From Klebsormidium nitens (taxonomy: Eukaryota > Plantae > Klebsormidiophyceae): DNA of 64,000 nt. Within the stretch, counting starts at the first letter, position 1. Every line of letters starts with the position of its first letter. Positions 49,930 through 63,700 of the stretch are shown here, in pieces. The position numbers and the translations under genes are program-made. The notes under the pieces are model-generated. The model had not been told where the DNA came from, searched no databases, and saw only the letters and a program-made list of their open reading frames with translations. The DNA lies in the NCBI GenBank assembly GCA_000708835.1, contig DF236956.1, positions 1 to 64,000 on the forward strand, read 5' to 3'.

Positions 49930-52900
49930 ATGACAATCAATAGAGCTGACGGGCTCATTGAGCTCGGCCATGGCCTTTCTCTGCATGGGCGGACGGTCTT
50001 GCGAATTGAGCTCTTCCTGACAGATACGACGCCAAAGAATGGCTTCGACAGCTGGCAACTAAAACAGGACATACTTTCGTTGATCACAAGAAAGACGAGC
50101 ATTGTGCTCCCAGAAGATGACCTTTCAACAGGTCCAATTCAGAAAGAAGCAAACAGCAAGCTCCCGGTTTGTACAGCCCGCTTGTGTCTTTGGCAGGGAG
50201 CACTTGAAAGGGATGCTGAGAAGCTTATTGTTTCAAAGGTAGAAGGCATAGAGATGAAGTCGCTGAACACCCGCCTACGGTGCTCTATCTCGGTGGATCT
50301 CCAGCAGACTGCCTCAAAGATCTGCTCAGACTGGGAGGCAGCTTTTGGCCGGTCGGCTGATGGTAAGTTTAGTGGGTTTGATTTGCTCTTGGTTTACCTT
50401 GGTACGTACGGTTTGGTTTGTGATGGTTTCATCTATATTTCTGGTGCTGGTGCCCTTGACAACAAAGCGGAACAACTCCTTCGGAGCTTTCCGGGCAACA
50501 TCAAATGCTTATCAGGTCGCCACTTTATTCTGGCGTTCTAAGAAAAGTCACAGCCCTACAGTCTTGCGCTCGCAGTGCAAAGGAGACTCAGTGGCTGAGC
50601 CCGCAACATTCATTGAAAGTTGAGTGGAATAGCCAGGCTCTCATTTTCTATTTCATGGCAAGTTCTTCTAATGCTTGATTCAAAAACTGAAGAGCGCTCG
50701 TTCCGCCATTCCTAGAATGAATGGAATTCCAGATTTAGCATGCTGCGGTTCTGTGTATCGCAGCATACAGTTCCTTGGCCCCTGGGAAGCGGCCAGACAC
50801 ACTCGTCTTGCGGAAGGTCCCATCGCGATGGCTGGGCCAAACTGGAGGGTCAGAAGAGGAGTCTACAAAAAAAGCAAAGGAGATCTTCCATTCGTTCGGG
50901 GAGGTCAGGTAAGCTGAGCTTGCCACAGGTCCTATCTGTGTACTCAAGAGTGTGTGGCATACCGATTCTGCATATGTTCCTTCTGATTCATTAGGCTGAC
51001 CCCTGCTCCTTGTTTGTATTAGGAAGCTGTTTACTGTTGGCGCCAGGGACAAGTGGGAGTTGATAGACAGGGCTTGACTGGGGGGAAACTCATAAACGTT
51101 CGCCAAAGCTTTGGCCAAGTTGCTGACCTTGCATTGCGATCACTCATATAAGCCCCTACCAACCAGCAGTGTACTCCTGGCGCTCCATCCTAGATCCTAC
51201 TTTCTTCGCAACCGACAGAAAGCTCGTCATCAATCATTCTTCTTTTCGAAGTCTCTGTTACTCTCGAGTACACGATTTCCATTTTTCCTTGCAGAAATGT
51301 CCATGTCGAGGGAGGCGCAAAGATTAAGCAGGCCGTCACAGCTGCGAGCAAGGAGGCTATAGCATCATCACTCGAGTGCACTGTCCGGGTGCAGTTCACA
51401 GAAGTTCAAGGGCTCGTAAAAGCGCTAGAGGGGCTGTGCGGACGGGTCATGAGGAAGGTGAGGAAGAAGGGTACACTCTCTGTCGTTGTAACCGGTTGGT
51501 CAGGCGGAGGTTGGGGAAAAAGAACAGTGGGGCTCTGATGCCAGTCGGGGCAAGTGGACAACAGGATTTTGCTAGGATGCTCCGAAAAATGGTTATTCAT
51601 GGAGTCGGTCTGGGTTGTGTGGTCATGAGAGAAGCAAGATAGAAGAGCACACCCGCTTGAGGGTTCTGTCAGAAAGTAGACCCTGGAATTCGGGCGTTCA
51701 AGCAGGCGCTAGGGAGGCCGGGCGACGTTCACGGAACCGGCAAGCACAAGAAAGCAGTGCTTGACTGCTGGATTGCCCCACCAAGTAGATTTCACAAAAA
51801 TCCGACCTGGTAGAGGCCCTAGAGGGAACGCGTGACTATGTTGCGAGAAAACCAACGACAGTGGAAGTAGGGGAAAGCTTCACATTAGCACGATGAAAGG
51901 TTCTAACCCCTTTGTACCTTTCTAGTGCCTCTTGCCTATGCTGACACTATCAGGGTCGTCAACTTTGGACTAGACTAGGAAGAAGCTTTGGTGAGGCTTA
52001 TACAGACTATCTCAGCTGTCCCTAACCCTTTGGTTACCCTCTTCCAGGCTGGCACGACCAAGATCGTCGAGTACGAAGTGAACTGGGACCGCGAGCACTT
52101 CTTCAGCCCGGAGAATTGCGCGCGCAGGGCGGCAGAACTAGAGCGGCGGGAATTGGAGGAGAAGCGGCGCGCCGAGGAGCAGCGGTGGAAGCAGAAGATG
52201 GACGTGCGGCGGGCCGAGACGACACGGCTGCAGAAAGAGCGCGCAGAGCGGGAGCGGCAGGAAAGGTTGAGTAGACAGAACTCCTGGCAGACCATCGGGC
52301 AGACGCTCCCTCTTTTTCTGCTTCCTCTATTTTTGCACCGCAAATTGTCATTGTGGTTCGTTCGGTCCTTCGTGGCTTACTCAAGTAGTTCGGCTTGTCC
52401 TCCGCTTTTCTCTCGGGACACAAGGCTTGCAGAGTTGCAGCCGCAGGTTCAAAGCGCGGAGCAGAAGCGCCGGGATTGATGTGAGATAAACCCCTCCTGT
52501 GTGTTGATTTAGAGCGTTGCCTCCGTTTCTGCAAAGCATTTCGGTTTGTGACGGGAGTGTGCTTTCGTTCTGCTGCAGGGAGGAAGAGCAGCGGCGGAAG
52601 CAGGCCGAGGAGGAGGAGCGGAGAGCGGAAGAGCTGCGCCGGCAGGAGGAGCAGCGGCAGCGTGAACAGGTATGACTGCTGTGTATAAATCCCCCTTTTT
52701 CCAAAGTAATGGGGCTCGACCGTCTTCTTGTGAACTCAGGTTAACGACTCTTTCGGTAGGCGTTGCAAAAGCAGTACACGTTTTTGTTGCTTACTATCCT
52801 TCCCTCGTCTCGGATGGTTCTGACGCCCGCATGAAGCTCTAGGCTGCTTAGAAGTATCACCAAGAGAACGAAAACTTCGAAGTCCCCTCCCTACTCTTCG

Positions 52901-55573
52901 GCATCCCAGCTGATCAGCCCAACATTGCAGATAGACACGCGTGCCTCCCTTGTAGCCTCAGTCGCTACTTACGGCCAATGAAACGTGCCTTTCACATCAT
53001 TGCAGGAAGAGCTGCGGGCGCGCTTGGAACTAGAGCGGCGGCAGCAAGCCGAACTAGAGCGAGAGCTGAGGCGGCAGCGGGAGGAACGGGAAGAACAGGA
53101 GAGGCTGGAGCGAGAGGCGGCTGCAAGAAAGGAAGAGGTAGTAATTCCAGACCCTGATCCTGATACTGCTTCCGTTGACCCAGAGGGCTGGGGTCGAACT
53201 TAACCAATGCTTTGCTTAGCTTGTAGATCACGTACGAAACTGGGTAGGTATCGGCGCGAGAGCTAGTCTTGAGGAAATGGTAGCTATCTAGTTTAGTGTG
53301 TCTCCAAAGCCCCTCGTTGACTCGGATCCTAAGGTTAGACTTGCGGAGGTGAGATTCCATCTCCAAAGTGCCAGAAGTGTGCTTGGCTCTAGAACGTGTA
53401 GCATTTATACACTGCTGAAATTCCGCGTGGGTTCCGCATACTCACCTGTATGATCTGGACAAAGTTTTGGGCGCTCCGAGCGCTCGAGGTTTGAGGAGCG
53501 AGCATGGCGCCAGAGCGCGCGAGCAGGGACGACTGGAGGAGAGAGTCGGTTTTTGACCTTTTCGGGAGGCAGTTCGGGATGCACCGGATATAACAAATGA
53601 AACGAGAAGAAGAAGAAACTTGCGAACACCATCTGAGAGAGTATACCTTTCTGAGATCAGCTGGAGAACGGACAGAAGGACCAATAGAATGTAAACGACC
53701 CCAACCAGAAAGATTCCGCGAACCGTGGAAATCTATGCGATGCGGCTCCTGCAGGAACGGCGGCTGGCCGACGAAGTGCGCCGCCGAGAGGCGGAGGCGG
53801 CCGAGGCGCGCGAGCGCGCGTGCGCGGCGGAACGCCAGCGAGCGGAAGACCGAAAGCGGCGGCTGGAGGAGGCGCTAAGCAAGCGGAGCCTCGAGCAAAG
53901 GTGGGACCCCAAGGATCCTTTGACGCGCACTCGCCTCTTGTTTTTGAACAGATTTGGTCAGTCCTTTGTAACGCGTTGGCAAGTGTCTGCCTCGGTTCTT
54001 GATCGGTTCAGGTCAAGCTTTCTTGGCGTTGTCGCGTGCTTCTGCTTCTGGTTGTTGACCGCTTTGGGCCAGACGTCTCTGGCGTCTTGGCGTCCTTTTC
54101 CTTTTGACCGTTGCCCGTTTTAAGTTGTAACTTGTGTGGCTTTGTGGCGCGCACTTTTGCTCCTGGATTTGTTGATTGCTAGCGGTCGGTCTTGCAGACT
54201 GTGCTTTGATTCCCGACCGCGTTTACGTTGCGGCCGTGTTGTGTCGAAATTTTGACTTCGACTGTCGAAGCTAGTCTGTGGATGTCGACGTATGGCGAGC
54301 TTAGTCTTGTGAGAACGCGCCTGCGCATGAAGTCTGAAGATAAGTCAGACTTCCATCACACCTTGCACACAGTTTGGAAAATATACAGTCAATCACATTG
54401 CACGCTCTTTTGTTCTTGCGGTCTGCTTTGGCCCTCCTGCTTGTTCAGCTACTGCTTTTCTCGTCCCCTTTTTGGTCGTTTGCTCTCCCTCATCCACCTT
54501 CCCCTTTCATTCGCCCCTGTCTCAGTTCAGGAGCACTGTCGAACCCGCCTTGCGTGATTCTCTCTGTTCTGGTGTTTCTGCATCGTCTCTGAGGTGCGCT
54601 CCTTTGGATAGAAGAGGTAGATTTACAAGACCCGCTGAAGCTAGTTCCAAGCACAGGTGGGTCAACGGATAAGCGAATCACAAGCCTGCTAAAGAGTTAT
54701 TCCGTGCACAAATGGGTTGGATGAGATGATCAAGTTGTAAGCACTGCTGAGGTTTATTCCGAGCACAGGTGGGCTATGAGAGGGCCTTTGACTCGGCTTC
54801 TTGCTGGCTTCCCGTTTACACCTCTCATTTGTCTTGTAATCCTTCTTTACTCTTTTAATCCTTCTTTACTCCCTTGGTTTCACCGTGCATCTCGTTCGTG
54901 TCCGGATGATTGCGTCTACAATCTCCATTCAACTGATAATGTAAGAAGTTTGGGCCTGATGAGGACACCCGCCGTGACCTAAGCCTGACGTCACGTCCCT
55001 TATCTGCTGCAGACTGCGGGCCAAGCTGGAGAAACGGATGCCCAGGTGAGGTGACATCAGCGAGCTCCGAACATTGGCGTGAAGGCTTTTAACGTCACGG
55101 CAGCAAGCAGGAGGCCCTCCGCTCTGTTTCTTACATTGCCACGGCGCAGGGGTCTGTATGCGTGTTGTTTGTGGTTTCAATCTACCCGCTAAATTAGTTT
55201 GTATGCTGTCAGCAGAAGCCTAAGGTGCCGGTCTGGTGGGGATGTTGTAGGTTTGCTTTTCTTCTCTACTTCGCATTTAGTTCTTGAAGTTGATCCGTAA
55301 ATCTGCGAAGTTGCTGAGTTCGTAGCAAAGGTTGATCGTGCGAGGCTTGGATCTCTTGAAATCAAAGAAGGCAATGCTTGAACCGTATACGTGTCGATAT
55401 GTCTGGAGGAGGCGCCGTTGTTTGAGATAGCTCTAACGTCACCTTTCCTACCCAAACGTTGATTTAAAGATGGGTACAAGCCAAACCAATCGGAATCCAA
55501 GTCATTTGTGCTCTCTTCTTGCAGGTTCAAGTCAGACATTGATTCGAGGCAGCACTCATCGAATGGCATCTAA
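49930..55573 (+). CDS. AKAP17A/XE7 (plant ZCW7)-like RRM and Glu/Arg coiled-coil protein
   Basis: Spliced blocks LIELGHGLSL…DSWQLKQ, PGKRPDTLVLRKVPSRW…IFHSFGEVRNVHV, CTVRVQF…ALEGLCGRVMRK, YEVNWDREHFF, then E/R-rich exons. Last exons 55013-55045 and 55525-55573 are phase-compatible, but the 3' model is less certain. Confidence 0.75.
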
Positions 55574-57225
55574 TGCTTGCATTCCTCTGACAGATATCAA
55601 TGCTGCACTTCACTCCGTCGGAGACAGAAATGCACGAGTTCGGGTTGCCATCAAGTCGCTAGCTGGCCCTCCTTAATATGATACTCTGCTCATTTAGGCT
55701 AAGAAGCTTAGCTTGTTGTTGCATGTTCCTATAGCTGATTGACAGAGATGCGCATGATTATGCGAGTACAGCTGGCCCAGAACATCGTGTTGTATACCGA
55801 TTTGCGGAGCATCATATTAGCATGATGCATTTTGGCTGCTTTGTGCCATGGAAGGGATCAAAAGAACCGCGGATAAAACTGAATACTCTTTGAAGTTCTG
55901 CTCAAGATGCAATTGGTGAATGACTATCTCCTCCAGTTTAGTAACTCTCGACATGCTTCCAATCAATCTTTGAATAAACACTGGAGTCGATTTAGCGTTG
56001 CGATTCAAAAGCACCGACGAGTCGAATCAGCCGCTCCAAGCGAGTTTTGTAGCGGTGGCAAATCGGCAACGATATATATTAGCTAAACGGAAGCCAGTCC
56101 AGAGTGGGGGCCCGGGGCCCTCTGCAGATATTCAACCTTCATATATTAAACGAAGAAAGACTAGCCAACACTAAAAAGCTTAACCCAAAAATCGAGCTAG
56201 GCTCCGCGCCTGTGCCCCCTTGAAGTACCGGCATGGGCAGGCTAAGATGCGGTATTGGTTACATTGTGGGTGTTAAAATATCGAGTGATTTATGGGTTTA
56301 ATAATATACAGAGGTAGGCAGGCTAGATTGCGTCTGCGTGGGGCGGGCGGCCGGGGACCGGCTCGTGCCAGTGGTCCGACGCGACAGGGTGACTCGTCAC
56401 TCGTGCGGCGCGCTGCCGAACCAATCACAGCCTCGAGAAGACTCAAGAGAGTCAGCACGCGAACTTCGAAGTTCGAAGCACGAATTGTCTGACAAGATCC
56501 TAAAGCTCTGACAGGCGCGTATCGCGGGCTGCTTGAGGGGTCTTGATTCTTGAATTTTGAACCGTGAAAAGTAACCATGCGACTCTGACAACGCTCGTTT
56601 GATTGGTTGAAGCAGATTCTCTTCCCCCAAACATCTGCGATACTACCGGTAATTTGCCGAAAGCCACCAAAATTTGAGTTGACGTCAAGGCAATGGTCAT
56701 CACTTGTCCCGCATCTTTCATCATCATTCAATCATCGTGTGTCAGAAATTTTAGGTAACTTGTTTTCATTTTGCACTGGTTGGAGACTCTACTAGAGTAT
56801 GTACCCGTTGCACGGAAGGTACCCGCTACCGGATTCACGATCCGACGAGCAGCTAAACTCTTTTGCGTGTCTGCCCGGTGATCTGCCTCCGGTGCAATCG
56901 CAACCATTGCATTGGGGTAGTCCATGACAGGGACTATCTTCCGAGGTACACTTAGCGAAACACCAAAGTGACCCTAGGAAGCTACGCCTATAGCGGCCTA
57001 TTGCGGTACCTACCCACTTCGGGTTCGAAGTTTGAAACCGTACGCTCGTCGCTTTCTTCGGGAAACCCATGTGAAACAGCGTAGGCCATTCTTGGAAACC
57101 GCAACGTCATGATGGACATGTCAGAACCGCGGAAGTTGAGTAGGTACACGCGCCGGCTTGCCGCCTGCCAGTGCTGCTTCGAACATTCGGAATGTTCGCC
57201 AACGGTGATTTTAGGCAACTACCTA

Positions 57226-57548
57226 CCGTACGACCAGGGTATGATTCCGAATGCTCAAAAAAAGCAATTAATTTAGCGAATGCGAGCCCAAATTATATAT
57301 TATTTTCCACTTTCCGACCCTAAATCCGAATCGCCTCCAGGTACTCCGGTACCCATGTTTTTGAGGCTTTTAAAGGTGACCCGGTACGTACCGCTCATTC
57401 ATAGGGCCTTTGCAATCACTTTCCGAACGGGATTTAACAATTATTTTCAGTTTCCGAAAAAGCAGAATCCGACTGCTTATCCGGAGTTTCCAACTTTCCG
57501 AATGCAAATAATTATTTATTTATTCGGAATCATACCTTGGTCGTACGG
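57226..57548. mobile_element. Tc1/mariner-type MITE (323 bp)
   Basis: 27-bp TIR CCGTACGACCA(G/A)GGTATGATTCCGAAT with 1 mismatch (57226-57252 and 57522-57548), TA on both flanks, AT-rich interior with recurrent TTCCGA. Confidence 0.85.
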
Positions 57549-57771
57549 TATACCGTACTAGGTATACATAGTAGACTGGACAGCAATGGAGGTACGTAGG
57601 CAGGTAGGGTAGGAGGTAGCCGCTCAAGAAGGTTCTCTATAGCGCTGAGAGCTCCTCGCAATGGCGGTGCATCACTCACTTTCAACGGAACGGCTGCGGA
57701 GAATGACGTCCCCAACACTCTCGCATTGTGGGGGGATGCCTCGTGCTTGCTGACATCACCCGCCGCCTCCA

Positions 57772-60700
57772 ATGGCTCCCTCACGGCGCGTCGCGGCAGC
57801 GGCGGCGGCGCTCCTCCTCTGCATCACGGCCTTGTTGGGCGTCTCCTGTGAGAGCCCCGTCTCAAAGCATCACCAAATTGGCGAGAACTCAAATAGGTAC
57901 GTCGGTGGTGAACAAGGTGTGTCACAAAAAGACGCTTGCACAGGAGGGAGCAGTGTTGGTCCTCGAGAAGAAAGTCAAAGTGATGATTGGGCAGACCCGT
58001 CACTCCCCCTGCGAACGAGACTAAGAAGCGGCATCGAAGGCGAACGGTCACATGGGCAGCCGCCGAAGGTGCGCCAGCTGTCAGAGCGCGCGGCACAGCT
58101 TGTGGCATTGAAGGACAACTTGCTGGAACAGGAGGAGCTCGTTCTGAGCCTCGTGCGGTTATTGGAGACACNNNNNNNNNNNNNNNNNNNNNNNNNNNNN
58201 NNNNNNNNNNNNNNNNNNNNNNNNNNNNNNNNNNNNNNNNNNNNNNNNNNNNNNNNNNNNNNNNNNNNNNNNNNNNNNNNNNNNNNNNNNNNNNNNNNNN
58301 NNNNNNNNNNNNNNNNNNNNNNNNNNNNNNNNNNNNNNNNNNNNNNNNNNNNNNNNNNNNNNNNNNNNNNNNNNNNNNNNNNNNNNNNNNNNNNNNNNNN
58401 NNNNNNNNNNNNNNNNNNNNNNNNNNNNNNNNNNNNNNNNNNNNNNNNNNNNNNNNNNNNNNNNNNNNNNNNNNNNNNNNNNNNNNNNNNNNNNNNNNNN
58501 NNNNNNNNNNNNNNNNNNNNNNNNNNNNNNNNNNNNNNNNNNNNNNNNNNNNNNNNNNNNNNNNNNNNNNNNNNNNNNNNNNNNNNNNNNNNNNNNNNNN
58601 NNNNNNNNNNNNNNNNNNNNNNNNNNNNNNNNNNNNNNNNNNNNNNNNNNNNNNNNNNNNNNNNNNNNNNNNNNNNNNNNNNNNNNNNNNNNNNNNNNNN
58701 NNNNNNNNNNNNNNNNNNNNNNNNNNNNNNNNNNNNNNNNNNNNNNNNNNNNNNNNNNNNNNNNNNNNNNNNNNNNNNNNNNNNNNNNNNNNNNNNNNNN
58801 NNNNNNNNNNNNNNNNNNNNNNNNNNNNNNNNNNNNNNNNNNNNNNNNNNNNNNNNNNNNNNNNNNNNNNNNNNNNNNNNNNNNNNNNNCAGGAGGAGCT
58901 CGTTCTGAGCCTCGTGCGGTTATTGGAGACACAACGAGACCAGATTTCGCGGCTGGTTTCGGACGTGGGCTCCGAGGATTGCTCCTGCCCGTGCCGCCAG
59001 CTGGCGTCGTGGCAGCGAAACAGGGCCCAGGAGAAGAGCTTGCTGATCACACTGCAAGAGCCCACACCAGGCTCTGCTTTAACAAAAGGCCCTGTAATTG
59101 ACGACGTCGCCAACCCAGTTGTGACTCCTCAAGGGGAGCCCTTGGAGATGCCATTGGCGTCGGTAGAACAATCGGCGGCATCTGATGGGGTGGAAAAAGG
59201 GGGTGCGCTGGTGGGCTATCAAGAGCGACTTGTTGTGAGGCCCAGAGTGGCTTGGGCCGACCATTTTCAGCTACTGGCGGCAGTCCAAGTGGGGGCGCAA
59301 GTGACGTGCTTGCACGCGGTGCAACAGGTATGAGTTCAGCTGTTTGGATTGCAATGGACTCGTTTTGAAAATCAGTTGCAGCATTCGCAACCGATTGCAA
59401 TTCTGGAAAATGCATCGGAGAGTACTGAAGTGCACATAGACAGAGCCCTTGATTGATTGCTTTGCTATTCCTTGAAGCCATGCACGGGTTGTCGGCGGTT
59501 TCGAAAGAGAGCTCTCTTACGTGCTGAAAGGACTTTTTACTGGTTTCAAAGGAGTGGTTTTGAGGCAAAATTCTGGTTGAAATATTAGTTCAGCTTTGGG
59601 GAATGATGATTTGCACCCCCCTGTTCTGCCTGCATTTGTCAGCCCCTCTCTAAATTTCAGATACCGTGCCCTTTTAAGCTGATGTGAGCCTGGACGTTGG
59701 AACCTCCTCTCCTTTCACTCTATTTATTTGAGGACATTTTGCGCCTCTGTACGGTTTCAAACTTTTGGTTGCGTCTGGGGCTATTTGTTTTGCAAGTGGC
59801 AAAGAGCTGCTCTCTGAGTCACAATTTACTCATGGAAGAAGAAGATTGCCACTGCCCCAATTTACTCATGGAAGAAGAAGATTGCAATCAATCCAGAGCT
59901 TTGGAATTGCTCCTTGGAGCTGGCAACCCGCCGAGAGTTGAGCAATTTTTCAAGTGACGTTTCAAGGAGACGAGTAAAGCGTGTTGCTGCATTGTGAAAG
60001 CACCACTTTGGGGAGTCATCTTGGAGTTTGAGCACAATTCTGACGTTACTGATACTTCTTTGGTTAACCCAGTCCCAAATACATCAAGATGCTAGAGAAG
60101 ATTTACTGAAATTTCAGCCAGTTGGCGTGCGCTGCCTACCGAACCGATTGCCTAACCCCTGTTCTTTGGCCCCCACACTCCCTCTGCATTTCAGGCCCCT
60201 TTTTGGCAAAGGCCACAAGTCACTGTGTTCCACATTGCAAACCCATCCTTAACCCCCCTTGTAACCCACTTTTTGATCAACTTCTGCAGGAAGGTGAGCA
60301 CTGAAGTTAGTTATGGGCAGTTTGTCACATTCAAGAACAGCCACGGCGCTCTTCAATTCTCATGTTTTATTCTGACCCGTACTCTTCTCACCTTCCTAAC
60401 CGCCCCTCAACCCACTTTAGCAGGTCTTTGAGCGTGCGCTCAGCCACATGCTACATTGCTTTCCATTTTATGCATTCCCAGCCCGAATTATTATCAGCGC
60501 AGAAATCCCTCTGTGACCCACTTTTGAAGTGGGTCAGCAGATTGTCTAGCCACGTTGCAGTCACAGCACAGCAACGATGCCTTCCAGACTAACTCCATTT
60601 CCAAATGTCTCACTGCCAAATCGCTCGAAATTTTCCAAATTACTCACTTTCTACTGCTCATTGAGCTGTTTCAAGTCGACTCAGTAATCATGTTTTGCAC

Positions 60701-63700
60701 CAACTTCCTCTCATGGGATCTCATTTTGACCCACTGTTTGCAAACGTCAGCAGACGGCCTAAGCCACGTCGCTGCTTATGGCAAATAATGCCTCCAGATA
60801 ACCCTCATCCTCAACCCCCTCACTGAAATCTCATCAATCACCTCTCAATCATCCTTTTCAAGTCGACTTGCTAACCATTATTTGACCCACTTCCGGTTTG
60901 CAGGAGATAGAGGATGGCCTCAGCCCATACGTCGCGGTCGGCGACAGCGACGGCGCCCTCCACGTTTTCCAGCCCACCGGACAACTAGTATGTGAACATT
61001 CTTCCGCGGCCCGCTCGCCGGTCACAGCCCTCGTTTCCTTCCCCAAGGGCCCCCTAGAAACGTGGCTGGTTTCCGGACATTCAGACGGCGCGCTCGTACT
61101 ACACTGTCTGGCGGAAGCTGACATTGCGGGGGGGTCCGATGACCCCCCTGGCGCGAAAATCGTTTCCCACGGGAGCTTGCGAGCTGCTGGGGGGGGGTTG
61201 CGGCAGAGCCAAAACGAGCCGGGCGCTTCTGAGGGGGAGGCCAGGTCGCTGGTTGAGAATGAGGCCCTTCTGGGGGGGTCGGAATCCGAGGGCGAGGTCA
61301 AGATTCTGCACATGCTCCGGCGGGGAGGTTCGCAGCTCCTCTTAGCCGCTGACGCGACGGGGGGGTTGGAAATCTTCGACCTTACCGAGCGAAAACGCCT
61401 CGGCATTTTGTACAAGCGCTCGCGCATCCTGGCGTTTCAAAAGCCCCTGACGTCGAGCCGGGTGGTGTTCGTGAGCAAGTCCGGGGTCGGCCGAGTCGAC
61501 CTAACTAGAATGATGATGCACCCGGTGGAGTGCCCCGGGCTCGACGGGATCGTTTTGGAGAGCTTTGCGTTTGACGTGAACGGACGGTCCAAAGGGTATG
61601 GGATCGTCGAGGGGGGCAAGGAGATGGTCGTGGTTAACGTGGGAGGGGACGGGCGGGGCGTCAACTGTCAGCTGCTGGCACGGCGGAAGGGCGCGTTCGA
61701 GGGCGCGACGGCGCTGCAGGCGATCAAAGGTGCGCCACATTTAAATTGAAAGGGGCACACACTCGTGAAACTTTACTGGATTCGTCTCCTTCTGCTTCTG
61801 CGTTTGTTGCCTGAAAGAAAGGGACTATTTTTTGACGGCGCTGCACCGAGACTCCTGTTTTGTTGGAAGTTGCAGACTGGTGATCTTTTACTGGGTTTGT
61901 CTTCTTCTGCTTCCGCGTTTGTTGGTAGGAAGGGAGAGTATCGACTTTTGAGGGTGCGATGATGTCGCAGGCTATCAAAGGTGCACCGAGACCGAAATTC
62001 GTTTGGTGGTCTGCAAGAAAGGTTGCGAAGCGGCGAAAGCTGACCTGGGTCTGTGCTTTCCGGTTTGCATTCTGATTCAAAAAATCTGGCTAGTCAGACT
62101 CACGACTTTGGAGTCTCGATAAACTGCTTCGCTTGCAGGACATTAGGATAAGAAGTCGGCTGGATCGCAAAATGTTGCGAGATGAAGAAGAGCTGACAAT
62201 CCCGTAGTGCGTTGAGGTCTATGACGAGCGCATTCCGCTGTGATCTGAGGACAAACTACGGGGTGCTTCAGACCGACGAATTGGCCGGTCGACAATTGCC
62301 GATCCGTTGATGAGCTTCGAGCTCAGCGTCCCTCGACTTTCCAACAAGAGAAGTGCAGTTCTTTTGGCAAACTAATATGGCCAGTGTGCACGATCCTCTC
62401 TCGGGCACAAAATCGACTCTATTTCTCATACTACCGGAGGTCCGAACAACGATTCTTACGGTCCATTGGATTCTGGTGCGTGCAGGTTACCTGGTAGCGC
62501 GTTCGGAGCACGGCGCTGACGTGTTCAACACGTCACTTCCGAAGTTTGGGGCAGGAAAGGCGGTCTTGGCGCGCCCGCTGTTCACAGTCCCCTCCGCCGA
62601 GATCACCGCGGCCTTCAACTGGCACCCAGGTTAGCCGTCGATATTTTATCCTTTTTATCCTTTTCAAGGGGAAATTGCGGGAAGCCCGACAAGCTTAAAT
62701 TAAAGCGGGGCTTTCAACTGGCACCAAGGTTAGCCGTCTTTCTTCAATCGTGTCTCATCGAGAAGATCGTCGAAGCTCAATAGGAATCAGGGCTTTCAAG
62801 TGGCACCAAGCTTAGCCGTCGATGTTCGTAATATCTTCAGGTAGATTGGCGCAAGCCCAACAGGATCAGTTTGTACCTTAGCGAGAGACCGAAGAAAGTG
62901 AAGCATGGAACAAGAATGAAGAAAGTGTGCAAGCCCGCCTCGCTAAATCGGCAGTGCTCGATTCTGAAGGGGGTTCACACCCTCAACCTGGGATCATCTT
63001 GCGACTGCGACTGAGCAGCTGCCCTTCTTATAGAGAAGCTTTCTTAGGATTCGAGTCGCCGCCTCGCTTGAAGACGCCCCTCTAACGCCCGCCTCCATTT
63101 GTGTGCAGCCTCCTCCCCTCAGGAATCACTCTCCGTCCCGCCCCCCTTCGCAACCAACAAGGACCGTTTGGTCGTCCTCGCCTTTCCGGGGGGGCTCGTT
63201 GGTATGTACCGCTCAGAGCTGCCCCTCCCCCGGGTCCCGAACCTGGCCGCGAGTTTCCCGGGCACCCCTGTCTTCATTGCGATCGTCATGGTGGCTGCCA
63301 CGTGGCAGATTCTCCTGCGCCGGCCCGCCAGGTCAGCGTCCGCCTTTTCCGCCGAGGGTCTCGGGAAGTGGACCGAGGACGACCTCCGCGAGTTCGTCAA
63401 GCAGCACGTCAGTGGCAACCGGGCGGAATCCGGGCGGAACCCGGACAAGTCCGGCCGGAACCCGGACGGAAACCGCAGCTCGGGCTCGTGGCGGGAGTCC
63501 CCCTCGAGCAGCCGCGAGGGGAGCATCGACCGGCCACGTACCCGGGAACGCAGCGTCGAGCGCCCCGGGGGAGAGAGACCCGGGGCGAATCCGCCCCCCC
63601 GGAATGTAGCCGCGGACTTTGCGCGTGCGGGAGAGAAAGAAAACATCCCCCGGGTGCCTGTCAGGCAAGGCTCAGCACGGAAGGAGGACCCGGGGGGGGG

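Noticed and set aside
56460-56475. 16-bp palindrome CGAACTTCGAAGTTCG as a heat-shock element
   Set aside because: GAA/TTC spacing is 1 nt rather than the nGAAnnTTCn pattern, and there is no clear target gene.
57180-57198. Hairpin CGAACATTC-G-GAATGTTCG as a Helitron 3' signal
   Set aside because: No CTRR terminus at the expected distance and no matching 5' TC end identified.
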